This document shows positions 1 through 13,208 of a stretch of 48,089 nucleotides of DNA, in pieces. Made by a program: the position numbers and the translations under genes. Source of the stretch: Octopus bimaculoides (taxonomy: Eukaryota); contig NC_068987.1 in assembly GCF_001194135.2 (NCBI RefSeq), positions 80,114,268 through 80,162,356 on the forward strand. The letters run 5' to 3'. The notes under the pieces are model-generated. The model was given only the letters and a program-made list of their open reading frames with translations, was not told the origin of the DNA and did not search any database. Within the stretch, counting starts at the first letter, position 1. Each line of letters begins with the position of its first letter.

Positions 1-318
1 TGTGGAATCTAAAAACAGAAACAATTCCTATCATAGTAGGTGCCTTAGGTATAATAAAAAAATATTCAGACAAATACATAACAAAAACACCAGGACTTAC
101 AAATATATATAACATACAGAAAATTGCACTACTGGGTACTGCACACATTCTACGCAAAACACTTTCAATACAGTAAACATAAGAGCACCACAGCAAACCA
201 CAGCACATACCCAAGGCGCACAGAGCTGCGCTCGGTAGTGAAGTGAAAGCACGTTATAAAAATAAAACTACTGAATAATAATAATAATAATAATAATGAT
301 AATAATAATAATAATAAA
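1..318 (+). mobile_element. 3' end of R4/Dong-like RLE non-LTR retrotransposon with (TAA)n tail
   Basis: Open frame 3-176 [57 protein letters not shown] resembles the RLE-LINE C-terminus (PIIVGALG...QKxALLGTAxILRK). Followed by a ~95-nt 3'UTR and a TAA repeat. Confidence 0.8.
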
Positions 319-520
319 GCCAAGATATAAACAATTGGCGGAAAGAGATTGAAATAGAACGCCCGGTAGAGCTCCTACAGAAAGTTTGCCTCTTAAAGAG
401 AGCAAGGATTATCACGAGGGATCTAAGCACTTGAAAGACTTCTGGAAACGTGTGGAAGCCTAATGTTACAGGTAGTCATCCGTTACTACCTAAATCCTAC
501 CAGGAATAAGACTAAATCTA
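319..520 (+). mobile_element. Degenerate 3' fragment of a second R4/Dong-like LINE
   Basis: Translates as IERPVELLQKVCLLKRARIITRDLST*, similar to the LQKxxLLGTARIxR C-terminus. Starts right after the TAA tail. Confidence 0.55.
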
Positions 521-795
521 TGCTTTTTTCTATGATAATAACAATCTAATAAACCGAATTTTTTCTACTATAGGCACAAGACCTAAATGTTTAGGATATG
601 GTCGGTCGATAACATTGAAACCAGTATTCGACGACTGTTTATGTTATTGACCCCCAATGGATAAAAGGTGAAATGGTGCTCGGTGAAATTTGAACTCAGA
701 AAGACAGGTGAAATGCTGATAGGCACTTTATTCCGCGTGCTAAAGATTCTGTTAGCTCACGTACTTTATTGGTTTTGTAATAATTCTGTTCTTAC

Positions 796-853
796 CTTGA
801 CGGAAAATACATCACCATTCAACCATGCTCGTTCATGAAAGATATCCTTGATA
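796..853 (-). CDS. Exon 11 (58 nt, phase 2-0): (T)[22 protein letters not shown] domain
   Basis: Acceptor TTCATTTTTAG| and donor AAG|GTAAGA. No terminal exon found in 1-795. Confidence 0.92.
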
Positions 854-3582
854 CTAAAAATGAATAAATGAATAAATAATAAACTAGAAATTGCATAAAA
901 CAAGAGAAAGAAGGAATTGATATCTACTTTTGAAAATATAATGGAATGCTTACAAAGTACCATAGTACTATTTTATTCTTACACGTGACACCCTCCATCT
1001 ATCGACTTAATACGGGGGAGATAACTATCCCCACACAACACGTGATAGAATTAGAATTTTGAAATTGAAAGTAAAAAGTATGGGGAAGAAGGTATATAGA
1101 GTTCATATATTTAATTTTTCTTTTTATCTGCTACGAAGTTCTTAAAGTTACTACTTGACTGTAATCGTGTATAGCAATATTTCATTCTTTTTAGAAAACT
1201 TCAGCATGATTTAACCTGTAACGTATTAATTAGATGTATTTTAAAGAGAGACATTTCATAACAATTAAAGATTAATAACAAACTGGAGAAAATTCATGGA
1301 ATGTATGTTCTTTATTCATAAAACGTTGGTAGTTTAGGAATCGAGAAATTTACGTACACAGTAATAGCCATTTCGAGAGCAAAAACCTATCTCGTGAAAA
1401 CGTCTTTAAATAACCAGGAGGTTCAACATCAGCTACAAACTATTTCGTAAGATTTTTTCCGTATACAGTTGGAGATGTAGATTCCTTTCGGGCTGTTATC
1501 TTCAATACGTAATATTTTACGTTGTCGAATGAACATTCATAAACACACGTGTTCTGACTCTTGGCAAACGTTTAAAACGTATAATAGTGAGGTCACAGCT
1601 ATAACCTTTGTTGTTGCTTATCAATTAGACAACCTTGGCCGTGCAAAATAGCAATCAAAGGCATCATAACCGTACTCCGCACATCTTTTACTCAATATTA
1701 CCAAATATACATCTGCTGATATATACGTTATCAAGCGTCGTTTCCTGGAACTCTTTTTTTTATGGATAGCAAGCTGCTGTCTTATCGCATTCTCTTGAAT
1801 TTCCTCGGCGACTTGAAATCTTGTTGAGGGTTTTCTACTGCTGAGACTGAGCCTTGGTTTCGGAGTGTTAGCCATAGACCCACGATTTGTTGCCTGATAT
1901 AGTTTTCAAAAAGCTTTCGTCTTTCCCGACACAAAGAGATCCTGTACAGCTGAAACCTGATTTTCTTTTTCAGACGACCACACTCAACACACTTTACTCC
2001 CAAGCACTGCTATAAATAATGCAAGAACGTTATAATTTAGTGTGTACAGAGTTCAAGATCAATCTGTTCAAGATCAATCTGTTCAAGATCAATCTGTTCA
2101 AGATCAATCTGTATCACGATTAATCTGTTCAAGATCGACCTGAATCAAGATCAATCTGTTCAGGATCAATCTGCATCAAGATCAATCTGCTTAAGATCAA
2201 TCAGTTCAAGATCAATCAGTTCAAGCTCAATCTGTGCCAAGCGGCTTTACTCTGCGTACTTTAGCTCCTTTATCGTAGTAACAGTCCTGATACTTTTTGA
2301 TCAGACCACGTATTAGATTATAACAGAGTGGTTAAGACGTTTAATTTGCAACCATGTGGTTTCAAATTCGACCCCGCCTCCACTTCGCGTAATCTTGAGC
2401 AAGTGCCTTTTACCGTAGACACATGCCATTTTATCAATCTGTGTGAGTGGAATTGTATAAATGGAAACTATGTAGAAGCTCATCTGGTAGACATAGATAT
2501 AATCCAATGGATCAGCTTGTTAAACAGTATCATGTTGATTTTGCTCGAGGTTTACATTAAGTGTATACATGCCTGTCTACCATAAAGTTCGGTCCTTGTT
2601 GTGGAACCGCAGTGGCTCTGAGCCTATGCCAGCGGAGCGGAAGCTCTTTGTTTGACCACCCAAAGTAATATAGATCAACTTTTTCCGGAGATGGAAATGG
2701 TTTTGTGTAGGGCCATCATCTCTACCCAGAAAGAAGAAAAGTTACAGAAGCATCAATGACAATTCAACACCAACCAGACCTGGGAGAAGAAGGCCTTTTC
2801 TCAAAGAACAGAAAAGTTGAGAAAATTCACCGATCGCCTATGCTTCATAGGGAGCGAATACCTTAAGTAAAATTAATAAATGCATGTGGAACCCTCAGTT
2901 AATTATATTATATTCTTATAGCGTGCTGTTAGTTCAGACATTTGAAAAGATGAACTGCCTCCATATTGAATTACGATATTAAACGGTACGCTGTCGATTT
3001 CAAAGAAAGCCGCGTACTTTTTATGACATACATTCCTTCATTTTAAAAATATGTTAGAGTGTAATATAACAGAAACTTGTTTGCTATTTCTTGCATTCAC
3101 TCCTTGAATCGAAATATTATAGCATACTCTTTTATTCTTTAATCATTTTACTTCTTTGAGTCGTTTGACTGCGTTCTTGCTGGAACACCGCCTTAAAGGG
3201 ATTTTTAGTCGAAGAAATCGCCCCAGGCCTTATTCTTTGTAAACCTAGTATTTATTATATCGGTCTCTTTGGCCGAAACACTAAATTACGGGGACCTAAA
3301 CACACCAACATCGATCGTCGAGCGATGGTAGGGGACAAACATAGACACAAAGATGGACACACAAAATATATATATACAAACACTTGCCCAAGGTACCACG
3401 CAGTGGGACTGAATCCGGTATCATGCGAAAAGTTATAATTCGATTAATCAATCCTTGAGAGCAACGATATTTAGAATAGTAATCAGAAGACAATGAATTT
3501 CACAGAGAGTTCATAAATTAATTAGTAGTTCATACTATAAATTATGAATTGTCTGTGATATTTATACCTTGTTGTTTTTATC

Positions 3583-3672
<90 letters not shown>

Positions 3673-5311
3673 AGCTGAAGATCAGCGAAAAAGAAAATGC
3701 CTACGCTGAATTTTTGAGGAATCTACAGTTACTGTATCCAGATTACAAGTTCAGGTTTATACCTGTAATTACTGGGTTACTGGGATATGTAGCACACTGC
3801 CTAAATGCCAATCTTGAGAAATTACGCTTCTCAAAGCCAGAATGAACGGAGAAATGTATTCCGAGTTACGCGTTACCTCAAAGAAAGAATGACTTGAATA
3901 TTGAATAGACCGGCTCGGGGTTAAACGATTGAGCACTTATGTAGAAAAGTCATTCGTACATGTGTCTAACTGTGTGTCCATACTGGGTAAAAGTGATAGA
4001 AGGAAAAACACACAAACACATTTAAATTGGATAATGTAGTCCTAGAAAAACAAGGGTGGAAAAACACTGGTAGATCTTCGCTGCAATCCATGTTATCAAT
4101 TAGTACCATCCTGCGGCTAGCCAACGAAAGCAATTAATAAACACGGCCTAATGAGAATATCGTTGAGGTACTCGATCGATCAGCTCGAGGTAGCAACCAA
4201 CTCTCGTTCAAATCACTTTTGGGCGTATATAAATATTAGGATTCACTGAGAAATGTATTCCGAGATATACGTTGCCTCAAAGAAAGGATGACTTAAATAT
4301 CGAAGCGGCTCGGGGTTAAACAACTGAACACTTCCCTAGAAAGGCAATAAACACTGTCCGTAAATATAATTTTTCTGAAATAACTTACAACTGTATCAAA
4401 AATTTAAGAAAATTATATGCTACCATATCTATTATCTTCAGTAGTTACATCCATCAAAAGAAATAACATGAAAATTTGTGACGCAAGGGAAATAACTCAT
4501 GATAAATTGTCTCCCTTGCACTTGATGTGCTTTACATTCAAATGTCTATATAATCATTAAGTAAAATTTGTAATGTTAGATAAGTTTCATTGATTACGAC
4601 CATTATCAGCCCAGGCCATGACTAACGTAATAGCACCCACATGGAAAGGTCATTTAGGTCATGGTCCTGGAAACCATGGACCGCTCGAGCTACGGAATTG
4701 TTGAGGATATGTCCTTAACTAAGCGTAGAATATGTGAACAAATTGTTTTAATTTCTAGTTTTTCATTCGTATTTCTTAATTCTTGATTTCTAATTTCTAA
4801 TATGGAGATATATATCGAAACAGGTAAAATTTTACCAATGTCACTCCACGCGATTAAAGAAAAATGGTAAAAAGAATCTTTAAACGTACTTTAGTGATGT
4901 TTCCACTTTTACATTTTACGTCCAACCTTTGATTTGTATGGATTCTTAACCCTTTAAAAATTAAACACACACACATACAAACAAAAATATATACAGGGTT
5001 GGCCAAAAGTCACCTGACGGTAAATCAAAACCATTTAATTCCAAGATTTATTTATATTTAATAACTGAATGAATTTGATAAATGCATCTAAATATGAAAC
5101 ATCATGAAAATAGTTCAACATGAAGTCCTTCTTAAGCGAAACATTTTTCTATTCGAATCAATACAGAATTACAGATTGTATTTATGGAAGTTTCATTTAC
5201 TGTCGGATGACTTCTGGCCAACCTAAAACCACCTTTCTTTCCTTTCCTGAGCGTCTGTTAATACTTTACATGTACCACGTCCTCGTGTGTGTTTTTTTCT
5301 GTGTTCTTCGT

Positions 5312-5354
<43 letters not shown>

Positions 5355-8317
5355 NNNNNNNNNNACATACATACACACAAACATACATACATACATACAC
5401 ACATACATACATACATACAAACATACATACATACATACACACATACATACATACATGTGTAATGGAAAGAGAAGACGACTGGGATACGATTTTAACTCAA
5501 GCGCAGGAACTCGATATGGCGGGGGAAACATTTATAGTAAAAAGGCCCGACGACTCAGCGTCAAAGTCAGCTACTACCTTAAAAAAGAAAATATGTCCTT
5601 GACAAAAATACACACACATATATATATATAAAATTTTATTGTGGTTTTTAGAGTCAGGATTTGACTGCTATTTTTTCAGCGTGGTGGTATCTCTTGATAC
5701 CCTGTATTATNNNNNNNNNNNNNNNNNNNNNNNNNNNNNNNNNNNNNNNNNNNNNNNNNNNNNNNNNNNNNNNNNNNNNNNNNNNNNNNNNNNNNNNNNN
5801 NNNNNNNNNNNNNNNNNNNNNNNNNNNNNNNNNNNNNNNNNNNNNNNNNNNNNNNNNNNNNNNNNNNNNNNNNNNNNNNNNNNNNNNNNNNNNNNNNNNN
5901 NNNNNNNNNNNNNNNNNNNNNNTATATATATATATATATTGTTGGCATCCTTTTGTCTCGGGAGACAATGTAGTTGCGCATAAAATAATCCAGCCTTAAG
6001 TTGTAAATAATAATGCCTTACTCAATAAGCTGACTCATTTCGATTTTATGCTAGCAATTAAAAATAAACTCATGGACCAATTTATGAATGAGTTATCTGG
6101 TATGATTCGAGTAGTAGATGATGGGCTGTTTCAGCAATGATGGTAGAGTTTCTTTTGGTAACGATCCAGAACATGCTACATTTTACAAGGTAGGGGGGAT
6201 TACAGATTGTTTTTGTTCTACACTTGAAAGCATATTTTGCTTTATGAATGGTAAATTTAGATGAAATTCGATAGTTGATAAAAGCCTCACAATTTCTACA
6301 ATCGACAATTTATCATCCGTGCGTTGTATATAACGTTTTTATTCCGTGTAGCTGCAGGACAACTGCGTGTAAATTTGGAGAGATTTGAAGTTACGACTCT
6401 TTATTGTAAGAGAGGTGTGAAGAGATGACTAAGACGATAATGTCTCTCACCTGCTTAGCTATCTAGATTGGGCAAAATAAGGCCGATCGTTTGTTTGCCC
6501 AATATTTTAGTAACTCTTTAGGGCGGGGAGCTGGCAAAATCGGTACCACGCTGAAAAAAATGCTTGGCAGTAAGGCTTCTGGCTTTACATTCTGAGCTCA
6601 AATGCCGTCGGGGTCCACTTTGCCATTCATGCTTTCGGAGTCGATAAAATAAGTATCAGTTGAACACTGGGGTCGATGTAATTGATTTATCTGCTTATTA
6701 GAAATTGCTGGCCTTGTGCCAAAATTTGAAGCTGATATCTTAACACTTCTGCTTACTTTACTCTGGTTTATGGAGTTGATAGATGAGTATAAGAGAAATA
6801 AAAGTAATGGACTTACGTGATGCCGATTGAAGAGATTAATGTGGTAAAATCTGATAATCCTCCAGGTTTATCGCTAATAACAGCAACGAATTTTATGAGA
6901 CGTTTATCAGCCACAAGACCACGGTCAAGAACCTTTCCCAACGCGGGAGTATCGATGTTTCCACCACATAATGTTACAACCACTCTGGGGAGAAATATAT
7001 ACAATATACATAAATATACGCAACGCACACCCACATATGTGTATGTATGCGTACATGTATACACACATATACACACGAATACATACATACATACACACAC
7101 ACGGATACATACATGCATGCATACATACATACATACATACATACATACATACATACATGGAGGAGGGGCAGTCTGACGGTTACGACGACGAAGGTCCCAG
7201 CTGATACGATCAACGGAACAGCTTGCTCGTTAATTAACGTGCAAGTGACTGAGCAATCCACAGACATGTGTACCCCTAACGTAGTTCTCAAGGAGACTCA
7301 GCGTGACACATAGCGTGACAAGGCCGGCCCTTTGAAATACAGGTGCAACTCATTTTTGCCAGCTGAGTGGACTGGAGCAACGTGAAATAAAGTATCTTGC
7401 TCAAGAACACAACGTGTCGCCGGGAACTGAACTCACGACCTTACAGTCGCGAGCCGAATGCCCTGACCATTAAACAATGCACCTTCACCATACATACATG
7501 CATACTGCCTAAATACCAATCTTGATTAATTAGGCTTCTCAAAACCAGAAAGGAGAAAGCTAAGACTACAGATCCGGTCCGTCACTGGAACTGTAAAAAT
7601 CTGTAAAACTTTCCAGAAGTTTATCATTTAAGTATGTATATATTTGTGTGTGTATATGTGTTTGCGAGTGTATGTGTACGCGTGCATGTGTGTGTGTGTA
7701 GCTTATAGTATATTGATTTAGCCAGCCACCACCGTTTTCTTTTCCATCATTACATTATTCTCTTTCTTTCCTTTCCTTCTTTCTCCCCAATTTTGCTGTA
7801 ACAAACTTATATTTATCTAGTCATTTATTTATTTATACATTCATTTATTCATTTATTTTTGTATCACACATTCGCCTTTGTTTCTATTTTTTAATGACAT
7901 TTTTGTAGTTTATTCTTTTACGAATTATTTTTCTCCAAGTTTGAATTCTGAAAACGATGTTTTTCCTTTACTGCAATTATTATAGATATTATACTGTGAA
8001 TTTAGCAATTATGTTCTTCAGCTTTATGTAACTTTTACTCGTTTTTAATGTTCTTGTCATTTCTCCGGATACGGCCATTTATTAATTTATTAACTTTGAA
8101 AAGCCATATCCTATCCCATTAGCTTTAAGTAAATATTTGATGAATCACCAAACAATTATCACGGCACCATTTATGAACATTCATAAACATTATATTGTTC
8201 GAAAAGTCTTCTACTGTCTGATGATCGACCACATGAAACTCTGTGTAATAATTTGTGAGCTTCATCGGCTACAATCAAAACTGTATGACGCATACACGCA
8301 TTCATGCACACGCACAC

Positions 8318-8348
<31 letters not shown>

Positions 8349-11300
8349 GAAGCAAACAAACAAGCATACACATGTATAGCACTAGCGTAGTTTTATTATG
8401 CTATCCATTATATAAGTTATACGAATTAACATATTTTGATTCCTTTCTTTGGACTATTATTTTATTATCTAACTACCCGTATTTCACCCTGTTCCTTCTC
8501 TCTCCCTATACACACACACAAACACACAAACACACACACACTCACACACACACACATATTAATGTGTGTGTGTTTGTGTGTGTTTCTGTGTGTGTTTGTA
8601 TACACACACACATGCATACATTACACACATACATACATATGCACACATACATCCACATATACCACATATAGACATGGGTATATGTATGAGTGTGTATGCA
8701 TGTGCATATATGTATGTGTGTATGTTTGTGTATGTGTATGTGTGAGAGAGAGAGAGTGTGTGTGTGTATGTGTGTGTGTATAAGTATAAATTTGTACGCA
8801 CACACACACACACACGCACGCACGCACGCACGCAAGCACGTACGCACACACACACACAGACATACTTATATATAATGCTGACATATTTACTTTTGACCTA
8901 CTTCTATCTGGAAAACACGCGTAGGTTTCCCCTCATTGCATAGTTAGTAAGAAATTTGCACTACCTGCCCCCAAGAATCAAATATAACCTTCAGAGTGAT
9001 AAATACAGATAGTATTACGTCCGTTTGTGTATGTATGTATGTTATTTTTTATTTATTTACTTTTTCATATTAAAGGCATTACTACGCGTAAATGCCTCAC
9101 GTTATGAGGGACTCTTAAAGTCAAAACTACCATAATAAATATACAGTGTACCGAACGGGAGGGAACGTCTTGCTTCCCTGGGCATGGATACATTGAAGCT
9201 CAGACGTCTTGCAACTGACTTGGTAGACATCCACAAGATTATCCACCATCTTTCCAACAACACACTTGAGCACCTTTTTGAATTCCAGATGATAAACACT
9301 CGCAGACATGCTTATAAAAGCAAAAAACAACACAGCACCCACAACTTTTGGAAACATCTTTTCACGCTCAGAATTGCTGAAGCATGGAGTCCGCGTCAGT
9401 TGTTAGCTGCCGAGACATTACATCTTTCAAAACTTCCATGCTTCCTAAAATCCGCCAACAGTACACCTGATGCCACCACTTTTTTTTTTTAGTTGTAGTG
9501 CATCTGAGAACTGTATACAACAATTTCCTTCATTATTTATTATTATATTATATTGTTATTATATATTATATTATATACTATTATTATATATTTTGATGAA
9601 CCACATCTACCAACATTATTATGGATCTCCGAGCCTTTAGAAATAGCTGTTGGGGTTATAACGCCTTCTTTCACCCCTTTAATTTTTTTTTTTTTTTTTT
9701 TGCCATTTGTACTCTGTGTAAGTTGGGCTTATTGATATAAACAACTACTTAAAAATTCATCATCTGGTGGTGGGGGGTGATTTGCTAATGTAACCGCTTT
9801 TAACTATTATAATAAATATGAATTTAACTCACTTTTTACCTTGGAGCTCAGGACAGGAATCTTCCAAGAGTGCGGCTAATCCAACAGCACCAGCTCCCTC
9901 AATGATGGATTTCTCTTGTTCCACAAGTCTCAGAATTGCCAATGCAATGCTATCTTCTCTGAAAATACATCCAATTGCAATAGTCCCGGGTTTAATTTTA
10001 ATTTTATTTATTTATTTATTTAGATATATAAAAGAACAACAACAAAACTGCTGATTTTTACTTCAATCATAACAACATAGAATCTCAAACGAGTGGCGAT
10101 AGCTCTACGTGACCAACGATCCAGAATCGCACTTTACTGTCTTATATTATGACAAAAGACATAATGGACAGTGTAATCCAAAGGTTCGCAATCATTTTTT
10201 TTTGCCTGTGGAACTCTTTTATTCCTATTTTGTTCTAATAGAACCCCGTAGCCACTTGATGTTTAAAAATCTTTTTATATTTTATAACAGAATATTTTTG
10301 GGGATTGTATAAAATATTGTTGATATATTTTATGTATTGTAGATGTATAACCAATTTTATTGCGCAACAAAATCTTATATGGACCACTAAAGGTCATATG
10401 AGACCCTGATAAAACCCACGGGTGTAGATCTACGTACCCCTAAACTATAAAAACGGAACAAACATGGTTGGAATGGCTATAATTATCGACCTATGCGATG
10501 AGGTTTGAACTGGGCCTAAATTATAACCACAGCAACAAAGTAGTCTAACAGGTAAAGCCCCGAACAACGAGGTTGAAAGCAAAGGTTCAATACCCACTTA
10601 AAGTTGTTCCGTTTCACTATTATCTGTTATCGTTCATCTTTCATCTTTTTCTTTTATTTGTTTCAGTCAATTACACTACGGCCATGCTGGGGTACCGCCT
10701 TGAACAACTTTTAGTTGAATGAATCGACTCCCCAGTACTTGTTTATTTTTTAAAGCCTGGTACTTATTCTGTCGGTCTTTTTTGCCGAACCTCTAAGTTT
10801 TGGGGATGTAAACAAACCAACACCGGTTGTCAAGCAGTAGGAGGGAACAATGCATATATTTATCTGTATGCACTTGCATATTTATATGTCTATGTACATA
10901 AATAATCCGCTATCTCAAAATTTGCCTGATATATAGAATTTGTTTTTACAGGCGCAGGGGCGGCTGTGTGGTAGGTAGCTTGCTTACCAACCACATGGTT
11001 TTGGGTTCAGTCCCACTGCGGGGCACCTTGGGCAAGTGTCTTCTACCTAAGGCCGACCAAAGCCTTGTGAGTGGAATTGGTAGATGGAAACTGAAAGAAT
11101 CCCGTCGTATATGTATGTATGTATGTATGTATGTATATAAGTATGCATGTATGTATGTGTGCATGTGTGCATGTGTGTGTTTGTGTGTGTTTGTCCTTCC
11201 AACATCGCTTGACAACCGATGCTGGTGTGTTTACAGCAAAAGATACCGATAGAATAAGTACTAGTCTTACAAAGAATAAGTCCTGGGGTCGATTNNNNNN

Positions 11301-12233
11301 NNNNTTACAGCAAAAGATACCGATAGAATAAGTACTAGTCTTACAAAGAATAAGTCCTGGGGTCGATTTGTTTGACCAAAGGCTGTGCCCCAGCATGGCT
11401 GCAGTCAAATGACTGAAACAAGTAAAAGAATAAAAGAATAAAAGAATAAAAGAATATACAAGCACTCGTATCTAACAATATATCTCATATCTATAAACAA
11501 GGTTTTGCTTCGAGTTAAATACAATATTCCAGATTTATTACAGCAAAAATAAGTTCTACTTAATAGGATTCAACTTTATAGGATCCAATGTCCAAAGACA
11601 TCATCAGGAGGAACTACGTCCGGTTTCAGCCCCTACTCCACCACGTAGAGGATTAGGGGCTGAAAACGGACGTGGTTCCTCCTGATGATGTCTTTAGCCA
11701 CTGGGTCCCTTAAAGGAGCTGTTGAGGTAACGAACCACGAAACGTGGTTGGAATTCCCCACTTCTTCAAAAGCCTCATAATTTGTACATGGAAAACGCAG
11801 GTATGTATTTGGGTAGAATATCTAACAATTTGATCTTGGATAAAATATTCAGCAAGAAAATTGTCGCAGGCGCAGACGTGGCTGTGTGGTAACAAGCTTG
11901 CTTTCCAACCAAAGTGTTCCGGGTTCAATTCCGCTGCGTAGCACCTTGGACAAGTGTCTTCTATTATACTCTCAGGCCGACCAAACCTTCGAGAGTGGAC
12001 TACTTAGATGGAAATTGAAATAAACCGTCGTATGTATGTATGCATGTATATGTGTGTGTGTGTATATATAGGCGCAGGAGTGGCTGTGTGGTAAGTAGCT
12101 TGCTTACCAACCACATGGTTCCGGGCTCAGTCCCACTGCGTGGCACCTTGGGAAAGTGTCTTCTACTATAGCCTCGGGCCGACCAAATAATTGTGAGTGG
12201 ATTTGGTAGAGGGAAACTGAAAGAAGCCCGTCG

Positions 12234-12280
<47 letters not shown>

Positions 12281-13158
12281 TTCTGTGTTTGTCCCCCAAC
12301 AATGCTGGTGTGTTTACGTCCCTGTAACTTAGCGGTTCGGTAAAAAGTGACCGATAGAGTAAGTACTAGGCTTACAAAGAATAAGTCCTGGGGTCGATTT
12401 GCTCGAATAAAGGCGGTGCTCCAGCATGGTTGCAGTCAAACGCCCAGTCTGGGAATCGAAACCGCGATCCTATGACCGCGAGTCCGCTGCCCTAACCACT
12501 TGGCCATTGCGCCTCCACTGCGGTGAAAGGTAATAACTAAACATTTATGTAATTATGTCTTTTATATCTTAATACAAATGTTTCATTAAATGCTATTAAA
12601 TACGAAGATACTTATAGATGATTAACGATAATTTTAGCTTAGCTCTTTTGATTAAACGTTTTGATGTCTTTCAACTGGTTTTGTATGTGAATCGCATATA
12701 TAATAGCATAGATTCTTTCAGATATATAATAGTTACTATACTACTTGAAACTAATTGAATGGACATTGATAATATATTTTAAAGTAGCTTCTTAATCAGC
12801 ATCGACTTTGACTGAAAACGCCATTATAAACGTAAAAACAAATATAAATACGGAAAAATAAATCAGTTAGCACTTAGCAATAATATTGTAGGAAAGAATT
12901 ATTGAAATACAAATAAGCACGGAGCTCCAATAAAATATAGATATAAATAAAGAGCATAATACAGACTGTATGAATAAGAATTAATTGGGTCCTTTTTTTT
13001 TTTTTGTACAAAGTCGATATACCATGCTAAAATAGTAAAAAGACTTTTCCACTCGCAATCGTGCATACGTTTATGTAGCAATTAGCAGGCAAATATAAGC
13101 ACAGAGAGTGAGAAAGAGGGAGGGAGGGAGAGGGAGAGAGAGAGAGAAAGAGAGAGAG

Positions 13159-13208
<50 letters not shown>

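Noticed and set aside
2051-2235. CRISPR-like repeat array
   Set aside because: Units are contiguous 15-16 bp with no unique spacers, the context is eukaryotic, and there are no cas genes.
5223-8943. Many 60-140 aa ORFs such as MYVCMYVC.., HTHTHT.., YIYIYI.. here and throughout the window
   Set aside because: They are translations of (TA)n, (CA)n and (TACA)n microsatellites, which lack stops in several frames.
11231-11368. Exact 64-bp duplication flanking a 10-N gap
   Set aside because: Typical unmerged contig overlap, so most likely an assembly artefact rather than a biological tandem duplication.
11680-11760. Active hammerhead ribozyme (CTGATGA...GAAAC)
   Set aside because: The spacer between the core boxes is ~50 nt with no clear stem II, and stem I pairing fails after two pairs; kept only as a possible Penelope relic.
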